A stretch of 64,000 nt of DNA from Utricularia gibba. Its lineage: Eukaryota > Plantae > Magnoliophyta. Made by a program: the position numbers and the translations under genes. Below are positions 38,701 through 53,700 of the stretch, piece after piece; the first letter of the stretch is position 1; the number at the start of each line of letters is the position of its first letter. The stretch covers positions 6,758,881 to 6,822,880 of the forward strand of contig NEEC01000002.1 of the NCBI GenBank assembly GCA_002189035.1. The letters are read 5' to 3'. The notes beneath the pieces were generated by a model. It was not told where the DNA came from and did no database searches. It worked only from the letters and a program-made list of their open reading frames with translations.

Positions 38701-41700
38701 GATTGCCTTATATTAGCCTTCAGATGTGCAACGAAGTGGCCACCACATTCGCGAAAATGTGACTGGGACACCTGACTCGATGCGACATGCCGTGTACATC
38801 GATGCGAGATGATCATTTAAGGGTGTGTCCCTAGCCACACCTCATGGTGGCCTCGTGCACTCTTCGGTATCGAGCTTGCGAACGGTGATGAGTCGTGCAC
38901 ATATCATACCGTTTCGAAGCTATCTTCTTTCGTGTTGAGTTGTTCGTCCGATGCATGCTCGAAAGATTGCGAGATGTGCGAAGTGGCGCGAGTGACATGA
39001 CTCGATGCGACATGCATCATACCGAGATGATCATTTAAGGGTGTGTGTCCCTCGTTCTTCGGTATCGCCGAACGGTCATGTTGCTATCATCCGTGTCGTG
39101 AGCCGGTCTTCTTTCGTGCTTGTTCGTCCGAGGCTGCACAAATGCTCGAAAGATTGCCTTATATTAGCCTTCAGATGTGCAACGAAGTGGCCACCACATT
39201 CGCGAAATGTGACTCGGGACACCTGACTCGATGCGAATGTGAGACATCAAGACGTATGTATTTCATGGGACGATGTGAAATTTTGGATTTCGAGATGATC
39301 ATCCTAGCCATCATGGTGGCGAATCGAGTGGATATCTTTGATGAGTCATGTTGCACAGTTTCGAAGCTCGTTCCGTCTTCTTTCGTGTTGAGAACTTGTT
39401 CGTCCGAGGCTGCACAAATGCTCGAAAGATTGCCTTATATTAGAGATGTGCAACGAAGTTTCGCGAAAATGTGACTCGTGACTCGATGCGAATGTGATTT
39501 TTGACATTATGTATTTCATGGGACGATGTGAAATTTTGGATTTCGAGATGATCATTTAAGGGTGTGTCCCTAGCCACACCTCATGGTGGCCTCGTGCACT
39601 CTTCGGTATCGAGTGGATATCTTGCGAACGGTGATGAGTCATGTTGCACATATCATACCGTTTCGAAGCTCGTTCCGAGCCGGTCTTCTTTCGTGTTGAG
39701 AACTTGTTCGTCCGAGGCTGCACAAATGCTCGAAAGATTGCCTTATATTAGCCTTCAGATGTTGGCGCGAAAGTGACTCGGGACACCTGACTCGATGCGA
39801 ATGTGATTTTTGACATGCAAGACGTATGTATTTCATGGGACGATGTGAAATTTTGGATTTCGAGATGATCATTTAAGGTGTGTCCCTAGCCACGGTGGCC
39901 TCGTGCACTCTTCGGTATCGAGTGGATATCTTGCATGAGTCATGTTGCACGTTTCGAAGCTCGTTCCGAGCCGGTCTTCTTTCGTGTTGAGAACTTGTTC
40001 GTCCGATGCTCGAAAGATTGCCTTATATTAGCCTTCAGATGTGCAACGAAGTGGCCACCACATTCGCGAAAATGTGACTCGGGACACCTGACTCGATGCG
40101 AATGTGATTTTTGACATGCAAGACGTATGTATTTCATGGGACGATGTGAAATTTTGGATTTCGAGATGATCATTTAAGGGTGTGTCCCTAGCCACCACCT
40201 CATGGTGGCCTCGTGCACTCTTCGGTATCGAGTGGATATCTTGCGAACGGTGATGAGTCATGTTGCACATATCATACCGTTTCGAAGCTCGTTCCGAGCC
40301 GGTCTTCTTTCGTGTTGAGAACTTGTTCGTCCGAGCTGCACAAATGCTCGAAAGATTGCCTTATATTAGCCTTCAGATGTGCAACGAAGTGGCCACCACA
40401 TTCGCGAAAATGTGACTCGGGACACCTGACTCGATGCGAATGTGATTTTTGACATGCAAGACGTATGTATTTCATGGGACGATGTGAAATTTTGGATTTC
40501 GAGATGATCATTTAAGGGTGTGTCCCTAGCCACACCTCATGGTGGCCTCGTGCACTCTTCGGTATCGAGTGGATATCTTGCGAACGGTGATGAGTCATGT
40601 TGCACATATCACCGTAAGTGTTCACGCTTGCCGAGATGTGCAACGAAGTGGCCACCACATTCGCGAAAATGTGACTCGGGACACCTGACTCGATGCGAAT
40701 GTGATTTTTGACATGCAAGACGTATGTATTTCATGGGACGATGTGAAATTTTGGATTTCGAGATGATCATTTAAGGGTGTGTCCCTAGCCACCAGCTCGT
40801 GCACATCGCTTGCGGTCATGTTGCGACATATCATACCGATCGTGAGAGAACTTGTTCGTCCGAGGCTGCACAAATGCTCGAAAGATTGCCTTATATTAGC
40901 CTTCAGATGTGCAACGAAGTGGCCACCACATTCGCGAAAATGTGACTCGGGACACCTGACTCGATGCGAATGTGATTTTTGACATGCAAGACGTATGTAT
41001 TTCATGGGACGATGTGAAATTTTGGATTTCGAGATGATCATTTAAGGGTGTGTCCCTAGCCACCACCTCATGGTGGCCTCGTGCACTCTTCGGTATCGAG
41101 TGGATATCTTGCGAACGGTGATGAGTCATGTTGCACATATCATACCGTTTCGAAGCTCGTTCCGAGCCGGTCTTCTTTCGTGTTGAGAACTTGTTCGTCC
41201 GAGCTGCACAAATGCTCGAAAGATTGCCTTATATTAGCCTTCAGATGTGCAACGAAGTGGCCACCACATTCGCGAAAATGTGACTCGGGACACCTGACTC
41301 GATGCGAATGTGATTTTTGACATGCAAGACGTATGTATTTCATGGGACGATGTGAAATTTTGGATTTCGAGATGATCATTTAAGGGTGTGTCCCTAGCCA
41401 CCACCTCATGGTGGCCTCGTGCACTCTTCGGTATCGAGTGGATATCTTGCGAACGGTGATGAGTCATGTTGCACATATCATACCGTTTCGAAGCTCGTTC
41501 CGAGCCGGTCTTCTTTCGTGTTGAGAACTTGTTCGTCCGAGGCTGCACAAATGCTCGAAAGATTGCCTTATATTAGCCTTCAGATGTGCAACGAAGTGGC
41601 CACCACATTCGCGAAAATGTGACTCGGGACACCTGACTCGATGCGAATGTGATTTTTGACATGCAAGACGTATGTATTTCATGGGACGATGTGAAATTTT

Positions 41701-44700
41701 GGATTTCGAGATGATCATTTAAGGGTGTGTCCCTAGCCACCACCTCATGGTGGCCTCGTGCACTCTTCGGTATCGAGTGGATATCTTGCGAACGGTGATG
41801 AGTCATGTTGCACATATCATACCGTTTCGAAGCTCGTTCCGAGCCGGTCTTCTTTCGTGTTGAGAACTTGTTCGTCCGAGGCTGCACAAATGCTCGAAAG
41901 ATTGCCTTATATTAGCCTTCAGATGTGCAACGAAGTGGCCACCACATTCGCGAAAATGTGACTCGGGACACCTGACTCGATGCGAATGTGATTTTTGACA
42001 TGCAAGACGTATGTATTTCATGGGACGATGTGAAATTTTGGATTTCGAGATGATCATTTAAGGGTGTGTCCCTAGCCACCACCTCATGGCCTCGTGCACT
42101 CTTCGGTATCGAGTGGATATCTTGCGAACGGTGATGAGTCATGTTGCACATATCATACCGTTTCGAAGCTCGTTCCGAGCCGGTCTTCTTTCGTGTTGAG
42201 AACTTGTTCGTCCGAGGCTGCACAAATGCTCGAAAGATTGCCTTATATTAGCCTTCAGATGTGCAACGAAGTGGCCACCACATTCGCGAAAATGTGACTC
42301 GGGACACCTGACTCGATGCGAATGTGATTTTTGACATGCAAGACGTATGTATTTCATGGGACGATGTGAAATTTTGGATTTCGAGATGATCATTTAAGGG
42401 TGTGTCCCTAGCCACCCTCATGGTGGCCTCGTGCACTCTTCGGTATCGAGTGGATATCTTGCGAACGGTGATGAGTCATGTTGCACATATCATACCGTTT
42501 CGAAGCTCGTTCCGAGCCGGTCTTCTTTCGTGTTGAGAACTTGTTCGTCCTGCAGCTCGAAAGATTGCCTGCCTTCATGTGCAACGAAGTGGCCACCACA
42601 TTCGAAATGTGACTTGACTCGATGCGAATGTGATTTTTGACATTATGTATTTCATGGGACGATGTGAAATTTTGGATTTCGAGATGATCATTTAAGGGTG
42701 TGTCCCTAACGAAGAGTGGCCACCACGTTCGAAAAGAACTTGTTCGTCCGAGGCTGCACAAATGCTCGAAAGATTGCCTTATATTAGCCTTCAGATGTGC
42801 AACGAAGTGGCCACCACATGTGACTTGACTCGATGCGAATGTGATTTTTGACATGCAAGACGTATGTATTTCATGGGACGATGTGAAATTTTGGATTTCG
42901 AGATGATCATTTAAGGGTGTGTCCCTAGCCACACCTCATGGTGGCCTCGTGCACTCTTCGGTATCGAGTGGATATCTTGCGAACGGTGATGAGTCATGTT
43001 GCACATATCATACCGTTTCGAAGCTCGTTCCGAGCCGGTCTTCTTTCGTGTTGAGAACTTGTTCGTCCGAGGCTGCACAAATGCTCGAAAGATTGCCTTA
43101 TATTAGCCTTCAGATGTGCAACGAAGTGGCCACCACATTCGCGAAAATGTGACTCGGGACACCTGACTCGATGCGAATGTGATTTTTGACATGCAAGACG
43201 TATGTATTTCATGGGACGATGTGAAATTTTGGATTTCGAGATGATCATTTAAGGGTGTCCCTAGCCACCCTCATGGTGGCCTCGTGCACTCTTCGGTATC
43301 GAGTGGATATCTTGCGAACGGTGATGAGTCATGTTGCACATATCATACCGTTTCGAAGCTCGTTCCGAGCCGGTCTTCTTTCGTGTTGAGAACTTGTTCG
43401 TCCGAGGCTGCACAAATGCTCGAAAGATTGCCTTATATTAGCCTTCAGATGTGCAACGAAGTGGCCACCACATTCGCGAAATGTGACTCGGGACACCTGA
43501 CTCGATGCGAATGTGATTTTTGACATGCAAGACGTATGTATTTCATGGACGATGTGAAATTTGGATTTCGAGATGATCATTTAAGGGTGTGTCCTAGCCA
43601 CAGGTTCGTGCACTCTTCGATCGAGTGGATATCTTGTCATGTTGCAGTTTCGAAGCTCGTGAGAGAACTTGTTCGTCCGAGGCTGCACAAATGCTCGAAA
43701 GATTGCCTTATATTAGCCTTCAGATGTGCAACGAAGTGGCCACCACATTCGCGAAATGTGACTCGGGACACCTGACTCGATGCGAATGTGATTTTTGACA
43801 TGCAAGACGTATGTATTTCATGGGACGATGTGAAATTTGGATTTCGAGATGATCATTTAAGGGTGTGTCCCTAGCCACACCTCATGGTGGCCTCGTGCAC
43901 TCTTCGGTATCGAGTGGATATCTTGCGAACGGTGATGAGTCATGTTGCACATATCATACCGTTTCGAAGCTCGTTCCGAGCCGGTCTTCTTTCGTGTTGA
44001 GAACTTGTTCGTCCGAGCTGCACAAATGCTCGAAAGATTGCCTTATATTAGCCTTCAGATGTGCAACGAAGTGGCCACCACATTCGCGAAAATGTGACTC
44101 GGGACACCTGACTCGATGCGAATGTGATTTTTGACATGCAAGACGTATGTATTTCATGGGACGATGTGAAATTTTGGATTTCGAGATGATCATTTAAGGG
44201 TGTGTCCCTAGCCACCACCTCATGGTGGCCTCGTGCACTCTTCGGTATCGAGTGGATATCTTGCGAACGGTGATGAGTCATGTTGCACATATCATACCGT
44301 TTCGAAGCTCGTTCCGAGCCGGTCTTCTTTCGTGTTGAGAACTTGTTCGTCCGAGGCTGCACAAATGCTCGAAAGATTGCCTTATATTAGCCTTCAGATG
44401 TGCAACGAAGTGGCCACCACATTCGCGAAAATGTGACTCGGGACACCTGACTCGATGCGAATGTGATTTTTGACATGCAAGACGTATGTATTTCATGGGA
44501 CGATGTGAAATTTTGGATTTCGAGATGATCATTTAAGGGTGTGTCCCTAGCCACACCTCATGGTGGCCTCGTGCACTCTTCGGTATCGAGTGGATATCTT
44601 GCGAACGGTGATGAGTCATGTTGCACATATCATACCGTTTCGAAGCTCGTTCCGAGCCGGTCTTCTTTCGTGTTGAGAACTTGTTCGTCCGAGGCTGCAC

Positions 44701-47700
44701 AAATGCTCGAAAGATTGCCTTATATTAGCCTTCAGATGTGCAACGAAGTGGCCACCACCGCGGTGACACACTGACTCGATGCGAATGTGATTTTTGACAT
44801 GCAAGACGTATGTATTTCATGGGACGATGTGAAATTTTGGATTTCGAGATGATCATTTAAGGGTGTGTCCCTAGCCACGAATCGCCGAACCACGTTTCGA
44901 AATCTTCTTTCGTGTTGAGAACTTGTTCGTCCGAGGCTGCACAAATGCTCGAAAGATTGCCTTATATTAGCCTTCAGATGTGCAACGAAGTGGCCACCAC
45001 ATTCGCGAAAATGTGACTCGGGACACCTGACTCGATGCGAATGTGATTTTTGACATGCAAGACGTATGTATTTCATGGGACGATGTGAAATTTTGGATTT
45101 CGAGATGATCATTTAAGGGTGTGTCCCTAGCCACACCTCATGGTGGCCTCGTGCACTCTTCGGTATCGAGTGGATATCTTGCGAACGGTGATGAGTCATG
45201 TTGCACATATCATACCGTTTCGAAGCTCGTTCCGAGCCGGTCTTCTTTCGTGTTGAGAACTTGTTCGTCCGAGGCTGCACAAATGCTCGAAAGATTGCCT
45301 TATATTAGCCTTCAGATGTGCAACGAAGTGGCCACCACATTCGCGAAAATGTGACTCGGGACACCTGACTCGATGCGAATGTGATTTTTGACATGCAAGA
45401 CGTATGTATTTCATGGGACGATGTGAAATTTTGGATTTCGAGATGATCATTTAAGGTGTGTCCCTAGCCACACCTCATGGTGGCCTCGTGCACTCTTCGG
45501 TATCGAGTGGATATCTTGCGAACGGTGATGAGTCATGTTGCACATATCATACCGTTTCGAAGCTCGTTCCGAGCCGGTCTTCTTTCGTGTTGAGAACTTG
45601 TTCGTCCGAGCTGCACAAATGCTCGAAAGATTGCCTTATATTAGCCTTCAGATGTGCAACGAAGTGGCCACCACATTCGCGAAAATGTGACTCGGGACAC
45701 CTGACTCGATGCGAATGTGATTTTTGACATGCAAGACGTATGTATTTCATGGGACGATGTGAAATTTTGGATTTCGAGATGATCATTTAAGCAACGGTGG
45801 CCTCGTGCACTCTTCGGTATCGTGGATATCTTGCAACGGTGATGAGTCATGTTGCACATTACCGCGAAAATTGTTCGAGTGCTCGAAAGGCCTTACCTTC
45901 AGATGTGCAACGAAGTGGCCACCACATTCGCGAAAATGTGACTCGGGACACCTGTCGATGCGAATGTGATTTTTGACATGCAAGACGTATGTATTTCATG
46001 GGACGATGTGAAATTTTGGATTTCGAGATGATCATTTAAGGGTGTGTCCCTAGCCACCACCTCATGGTGGCCTCGTGCACTCTTCGGTATCGAGTGGATA
46101 TCTTGCGAACGGTGATGAGTCATGTTGCACATATCATACCGTTTCGAAGCTCGTTCCGAGCCTCTTCTTTCGTGTTGAGAACTTGTTCGTCCGAGGCTGC
46201 ACAAATGCTCGAAAGATTGCCTTATATTAGCCTTCAGATGTGCAACGAAGTGGCCACCACATTCGCGAAATGTGACTCGGGACACCTGACTCGATGCGAA
46301 TGTGATTTTTGACATGCAAGACGTATGTATTTCATGGGACGATGTGAAATTTTGGATTTCGAGATGATCATTTAAGGGTGTGTCCCTAGCCACCACCTCA
46401 TGGTGGCCTCGTGCACTCTTCGGTATCGAGTGGATATCTTGCGAACGGTGATGAGTCATGTTGCACATATCATACCGTTTCGAAGCTCGTTCCGAGCCGG
46501 TCTTCTTTCGTGTTGAGAACTTGTTCGTCCGAGCTGCACAAATGCTCGAAAGATTGCCTTATATTAGCCTTCAGATGTGCAACGAAGTGGCCACCACATT
46601 CGCGAAAATGTGACTCGGGACACCTGACTCGATGCGAATGTGATTTTTGACATGCAAGACGTATGTATTTCATGGACGATGTGAAATTTTGGATTTCGAG
46701 ATGATCATTTAAGGGTGTGTCCCTAGCCACACCTCATGGTGGCCTCGTGCACTCTTCGGTATCGAGTGGATATCTTGCGAACGGTGATGAGTCATGTTGC
46801 ACATATCATACCGTTTCGAAGCTCGTTCCGAGCCGGTCTTCTTTCGTGTTGAGAACTTGTTCGTCCGAGGCTGCACAAATGCTCGAAAGATTGCCTTATA
46901 TTAGCCTTCAGATGTGCAACGAAGTGGCCACCACATTCGCGAAATGTGACTCGGGACACCTGACTCGATGCGAATGTGATTTTTGACATGCAAGACGTAT
47001 GTATTTCATGGGACGATGTGAAATTTTGGATTTCGAGATGATCATTTAAGGGTGTGTCCTAGCCACACCTCATGGTGGCCTCGTGCACTCTTCGGTATCG
47101 AGTGGATATCCTCATGGCACTGTCGCATCTTCGCAGCTGGCTCGATATCTTGCGCAAGACGTGTATGACGACGATGATTGCAGCATCATCACACCGTTTC
47201 GAAGCTCGTTCCGAGCCGGTCTTCTTTCGTGTTGAGAACTTGTTCGTCCGAGGCTGCACAAATGCTCGAAAGATTGCCTTATATTAGCCTTCAGATGTGC
47301 AACGAAGTGGCCACCACATTCGCGAAAACTCGTGACTCGATGGACATGCAAGACGTATGTATTTCATCGATGCGAGATGATGATCATTGGCCTTGACATG
47401 CAACGGTGACATGTACATATCATACCGTTTCGAAGCTCGTTCCGATCTTCTTTCGTGTTGAGAACTTGTTCGTCCGAGGCTGCACAAATGCTCGAAAGAT
47501 TGCCTTATATTAGCCTTCAGATGTGCAACGAAGTGGCCACCATTCGCGAAATGTGATGGGATCATTTGATTTTTGAGGGGTGTCCCTAGCCACACCTCAT
47601 GGTGGCCTCGTGCACTCTTCGGTATCGAGTGGATATCTTGCGAACGGTGATGAGTCATGTTGCACATATCATACCGTTTCGAAGCTCGTTCCGAGCCGGT

Positions 47701-50700
47701 CTTCTTTCGTGTTGAGAACTTGTTCGTCCGAGGCTGCACAAATGCTCGAAAGATTGCCTTATATTAGCCTTCAGATGTGCAACGAAGTGGCCACCACATT
47801 CGCGAAAGTGACTTGCCGATGCGAATGTGATACATTATGCCTGTCAGATGATGCAACGAAGTGGCCACCACACATTCGCGAAGCTCGTTCCGAAGAACTT
47901 GTTCGTCCGAGGCTGCGGAAAGACACCTGACTCGATGCGAATGTGATTTTTGACATGCAAGACGTATGTATTTCATGGGACGATGTGAAATTTTGGATTT
48001 CGAGATGATCATTTAAGGGTGTGTCCCTAAATCATTTCGTGACTTTCGATCGAGTGGATCATGATTCAAGGGCTCGTGTCTTCTTTCGTGTTGAGAACTT
48101 GTTCGTCCGAGGCTGCACCTCAAAGATTGGTGATGCAACTGGCGCGAAAATGCACTGACTTGCGGTGATTTTTGACATGCAAGACGTATGTATTTCATGG
48201 GACGATGTGAAATTTTGGATTTCGAGATGATCATTTAAGCGAACGGTGATGAGTCATGTTGCACATATCATACCGTTTCGAAGCTCGTTCCGAGCCGGTC
48301 TTCTTTCGTGTTGAGAACTTGTTCGTCCGAGGCTGCACAAATGCTCGAAAGATTGCCTTATATTAGCCTTCAGATGTGCAACGAAGTGGCCACCACATTC
48401 GCGAAATGTGACTCGGGACACCTGACTCGATGCGAATGTGATTTTTGACATGCAAGACGTATGTATTTCATGGACGATGTGAAATTTTGGATTTCGAGAT
48501 GATCATTTAAGATTTTCACATGCCTCACACTCATGTTTCGTATCGTGCATGTGCTCGAAAGATTGCGGATGTGGAAGTGGCGAGTGACATGGATGCGACA
48601 TGCATCATACCGTGATCATCCCTAGCCACCACCTCATGGTGGCCTCGTGCACTCTTCGGTATCGAGTGGATATCTTGCGAACGGTGATGAGTCATGTTGC
48701 ACATATCATACCGTTTCGAAGCTCGTTCCGAGCCGGTCTTCTTTCGTGTTGAGAACTTGTTCGTCCGAGGCTGCACAAATGCTCGAAAGATTGCCTTATA
48801 TTAGCCTTCAGATGTGCAACGAAGTGGCCACCACATCGCGAAATGATGTGACTCGATGCGACATTATGCCGATGCGAGATGTGATTGACATCGAGTGGAT
48901 GTGACACATGTTTCGAAAACTTGACTGCGAAAGATTGCGCCTGATGTGCTTTTGTGACATGACATTTGATTGACATGCAAGACGTATGTATTTCATGGAC
49001 GATGTGAAATTTTGGATTTCGAGATGATCATTTAAGAGGTGGCCTCGTCCTCTTCGGTAGCCTCCACATCATGGTGGCCTCGTGCACTCTGCTCGTATCG
49101 AGTGGAAGTATCTGTGCAAACTTGTGATGACATGTCATGTTGCGACATCATACCTCGTTCTCGAAGCTCGTTCCGAGCCGGTCTTCTTTCGTGTTGAGAA
49201 CTTGTTCGTCCGAGGCTGCACAAATGCTCGAAAGATTGCCTTATATTAGCCTTCAGATGTGCAACGAAGTGGCCACCACATTCGCGAAAATGTGACTCGG
49301 GACACCTGACTCGATGCGAATGTGATTTTTGACATGCAAGACGTATGTATTTCATGGGACGATGTGAAATTTTGGATTTCGAGATGATCATTTAAGGGTG
49401 TGTCCCTAGCCACACCTCATGGTGGCCTCGTGCACTCTTCGGTATCGAGTGGATATCTTGCGAACGGTGATGAGTCATGTTGCACATATCATACCGTTTC
49501 GAAGCTCGTTCCGAGCCGGTCTTCTTTCGTGTTGAGAACTTGTTCGTCCGAGGGCACAAATGCTCGAAAGATTGCCTTATATTAGCCTTCAGATGTGCAA
49601 CGAAGTGGCCACCAGTTCGCGAAATGTGACTCGGGACACCTGACTCGATGCGAATGTGATTTTTGACATGCAAGACGTATGTATTTCATGGACGATGTGA
49701 AATTTTGGATTTCGAGATGATCATTTAAGGGTGTGTCCCTAGCCACACCTCATGGTGGCCTCGTGCACTCTTCGGTATCGAGTGGATATCTTGCGAACGG
49801 TGATGAGTCATGTTGCACATATCATACCGTTTCGAAGCTCGTTCCGAGCCGGTCTTCTTTCGTGTTGAGAACTTGTTCGTCCGAGGCTGCACAAATGCTC
49901 GAAAGATTGCCTTATATTAGCCTTCAGATGTGCAACGAAGTGGCCACCATTCGCGAAAATGTGACTCGGGACACCTGACTCGATGCGAATGTGATTTTTG
50001 ACATGCAAGACGTATGTATTTCATGGGACGATGTGAAATTTGGATTTCGAGATGATCATTTAAGGGTGTGTCCCTAGCCACAACCTCATGGTGGCCTCGT
50101 GCACTCTTCGGTATCGAGTGGATATCTTGCGAACGGTGATGAGTCATGTTGCACATATCATACCGTTTCGAAGCTCGTTCCGAGCCGGTCTTCTTTCGTG
50201 TTGAGAACTTGTTCGTCCGAGGCTGCACAAATGCTCGAAAGATTGCCTTATATTAGCCTTCAGATGTGCAACGAAGTGGCCACCACATTCGCGAAAATGT
50301 GACTCGGGACACCTGACTCGATGCGAATGTGATTTTTGACATGCAAGACGTATGTATTTCATGGGACGATGTGAAATTTTGGATTTCGAGATGATCATTT
50401 AAGGGTGTGTCCCTAGCCACCACCTCATGGTGGCCTCGTGCACTCTTCGGTATCGAGTGGATATCTTGCGAACGGTGATGAGTCATGTTGCACATATCAT
50501 ACCGTTTCGAAGCTCGTTCCGAGCCGGTCTTCTTTCGTGTTGAGAACTTGTTCGTCCGAGGCTGCACAAATGCTCGAAAGATTGCCTTATATTAGCCTTC
50601 AGATGTGCAACGAAGTGGCCACCACATTCGCGAAAATGTGACTCGGGACACCTGACTCGATGCGAATGTGATTTTTGACATGCAAGACGTATGTATTTCA

Positions 50701-53700
50701 TGGACGATGTGAAATTTTGGATTTCGAGATGATCATTTAAGGGTGTGTCCCTAGCCACACCTCATGGTGGCCTCGTGCACTCTTCGGTATCGAGTGGATA
50801 TCTTGCGAACGGTGATGAGTCATGTTGCACATATCATACCGTTTCGAAGCTCGTTCCGAGCCGGTCTTCTTTCGTGTTGAGAACTTGTTCGTCCGAGGCT
50901 GCACAAATGCTCGAAAGATTGCCTTATATTAGCCTTCAGATGTGCAACGAAGTGGCCACCACATTCGCGAAAATGTGACTCGGGACACCTGACTCGATGC
51001 GAATGTGATTTTTGACATGCAAGACGTATGTATTTCATGGGACGATGTGAAATTTTGGATTTCGAGATGATCATTTAAGGTGTGTCCCTAGCCACCACCT
51101 CATGGTGGCCTCGTGCACTCTTCGGTATCGAGTGGATATCTTGCGAACGGTGATGAGTCATGTTGCACATATCATACCGTTTCGAAGCTCGTTCCGAGCC
51201 GGTCTTCTTTCGTGTTGAGAACTTGTTCGTCCGAGGCTGCACAAATGCTCGAAAGATTGCCTTATATTAGCCTTCAGATGTGCAACGAAGTGGCCACCAC
51301 GTTCGCGAAAATGTGACTCGGGACACCTGACTCGATGCGAATGTGATTTTTGACATGCAAGACGTATGTATTTCATGGGACGATGTGAAATTTTGGATTT
51401 CGAGATGATCATTTAAGGGTGTGTCCCTAGCCACAACCTCATGGTGGCCTCGTGCACTCTTCGGTATCGAGTGGATATCTTGCGAACGGTGATGAGTCAT
51501 GTTGCACATATCATACCGTTTCGAAGCTCGTTCCGAGCCGGTCTTCTTTCGTGTTGAGAACTTGTTCGTCCGAGGCTGCACAAATGCTCGAAAGATTGCC
51601 TTATATTAGCCTTCAGATGTGCAACGAAGTGGCCACCACATTCGCGAAAATGGGGACACCTGACTCGATTGTGATTTTTGACATGCAAGACGGTGGGACG
51701 ATGTGAAATTTTGGATTTCGAGATGATCATGGGTGTGTCCCTAGCCATCATCATACCGTGATTCATGACAGTTTCTCGTTCCGAGCCGGTCTTCTTTCGT
51801 GTTGAGAACTTGTTCGTCCGAGGCTGCACAAATGCTCGAAAGATTGCCTTATATTAGCCTTCAGATGTGCAACGAAGTGGCCACCACATTCGCGAAAATG
51901 TGACTCGGGACACCTGACTCGATGCGAATGTGATTTTTGACATGCAAGACGTATGTATTTCATGGGACGATGTGAAATTTTGGATTTCGAGATGATCATT
52001 TAAGGGTGTGTCCCTAGCCACCACCTCATGGTGTCGTGCACTATCGCTTGCGAACGGTGATGAGTCATGTTGCACATATCATACCGGTCGTTCCGAGCCG
52101 GTCGTGTTGAGAACTTGTTCGTCCGAGGCTGCACAAATGCTCGAAAGATTGCCTTATATTAGCCTTCAGATGTGCAACGAAGTGGCCACCACATTCGCGA
52201 AAATGTGACTCGGGACACCTGACTCGATGCGAATGTGATTTTTTGACATGCAAGACGTATGTATTTCATGGGACGATGTGAAATTTTGGATTTCGAGATG
52301 ATCATTTAAGGGTGTGTCCCTACCGGTTCGTGCACTCTTCGTATCGAGTGGATATCTTGCGAACGGTGATGAGTCATGTTGCACATATCATACCGTTTCG
52401 AAGCTCGTTCCGAGCCGGTCTTCTTTCGTGTTGAGAACTTGTTCGTCCGAGGCTGCACAAATGCTCGAAAGATTGCCTTATATTAGCCTTCAGATGTGCA
52501 ACGAAGTGGCCACCACATTCGCGAATGTGACTCGGGACACCTGACTCGATGCGAATGTGATTTTTGACATGCAAGACGTATGTATTTCATGGGACGACGA
52601 GATATCATTTAAGGGTGTGTCCCTATTGGTGGCCTCGTGCACTCTTCGGTATCGAGTGGATATCTTGCGAACGGTGATGAGTCATGTTGCACATATCATA
52701 CTTTGTTCGTCCGAGGCTGCACAAATGCTCGAAAGATTGCCTTATATTAGCCTTCAGATGTGCAACGAAGTGGCCACCAACCTCATGTGCATGCAAGACG
52801 TATGTATTTCATGGGACGATGCGAATCGAGTGGATATCTTGCGAACGGTGATGAGTCATGTTGCACATATCATACCGTTTCGAAGCTCGTTCCGAGCCGG
52901 TCTTCTTTCGTGTGAGAACTTGTTCGTCCGAGGCTGCACAAATGCTCGAAGATTGCCTTATATTAGCCTTCAGATGTGCAACGAAGTGGCCACCACATTC
53001 GCGAAAATGTGACTCGGGACACCTGACTCGATGCGAATGTGATTTTTGACATGCAAGACGTGTCCCAGCCACAACCTCATGGTGGCCTCGTGCACTCTTC
53101 GGTATCGAGTGGATATCTTGCATTTCGGTGAAGAGTCATTGTTCATTTTGCCTTATAGGGTGTGTCCCTCGTTCCGACCTATGTATTTCATGGACGATGT
53201 GCCTCGTGCACTCTTCGGTATCGAGTGGATATCTTGCGAACGGTGATGAGTCATGTTGCACATATCATACCGTTTCGAAGCTCGTTCCGAGCCGGTCTTC
53301 TTTCGTGTTGAGAACTTGTTCGTCCGAGGCTGCACAAATGCTCGAAAGATTGCCTTATATTAGCCTTCAGATGTGCAACGAAGTGGCCACCACATTCGCG
53401 AAAATGTGACTCGGGACACCTGACTCGATGCGAATGTGATTTTTGACATGCAAGACGTATGTATTTCATGGGACGCCATGGTGAAATTTTGGATTTCGAG
53501 ATGATTGTTCGTCCGATGCACAAATGCTCGAAAGATTGCCTTATATTAGCCTTCAGATGTGCAACGAAGTGGCCACCACATTCGCCTCGGACACCTGACT
53601 CGATGCGAATGTGATTTTTGACATGCAAGACGTATGTATTTCATGGACGATGTGAAATTTTGGATTTCGAGATGATCTCGTGGCCTCGTGCACTCTTCGG

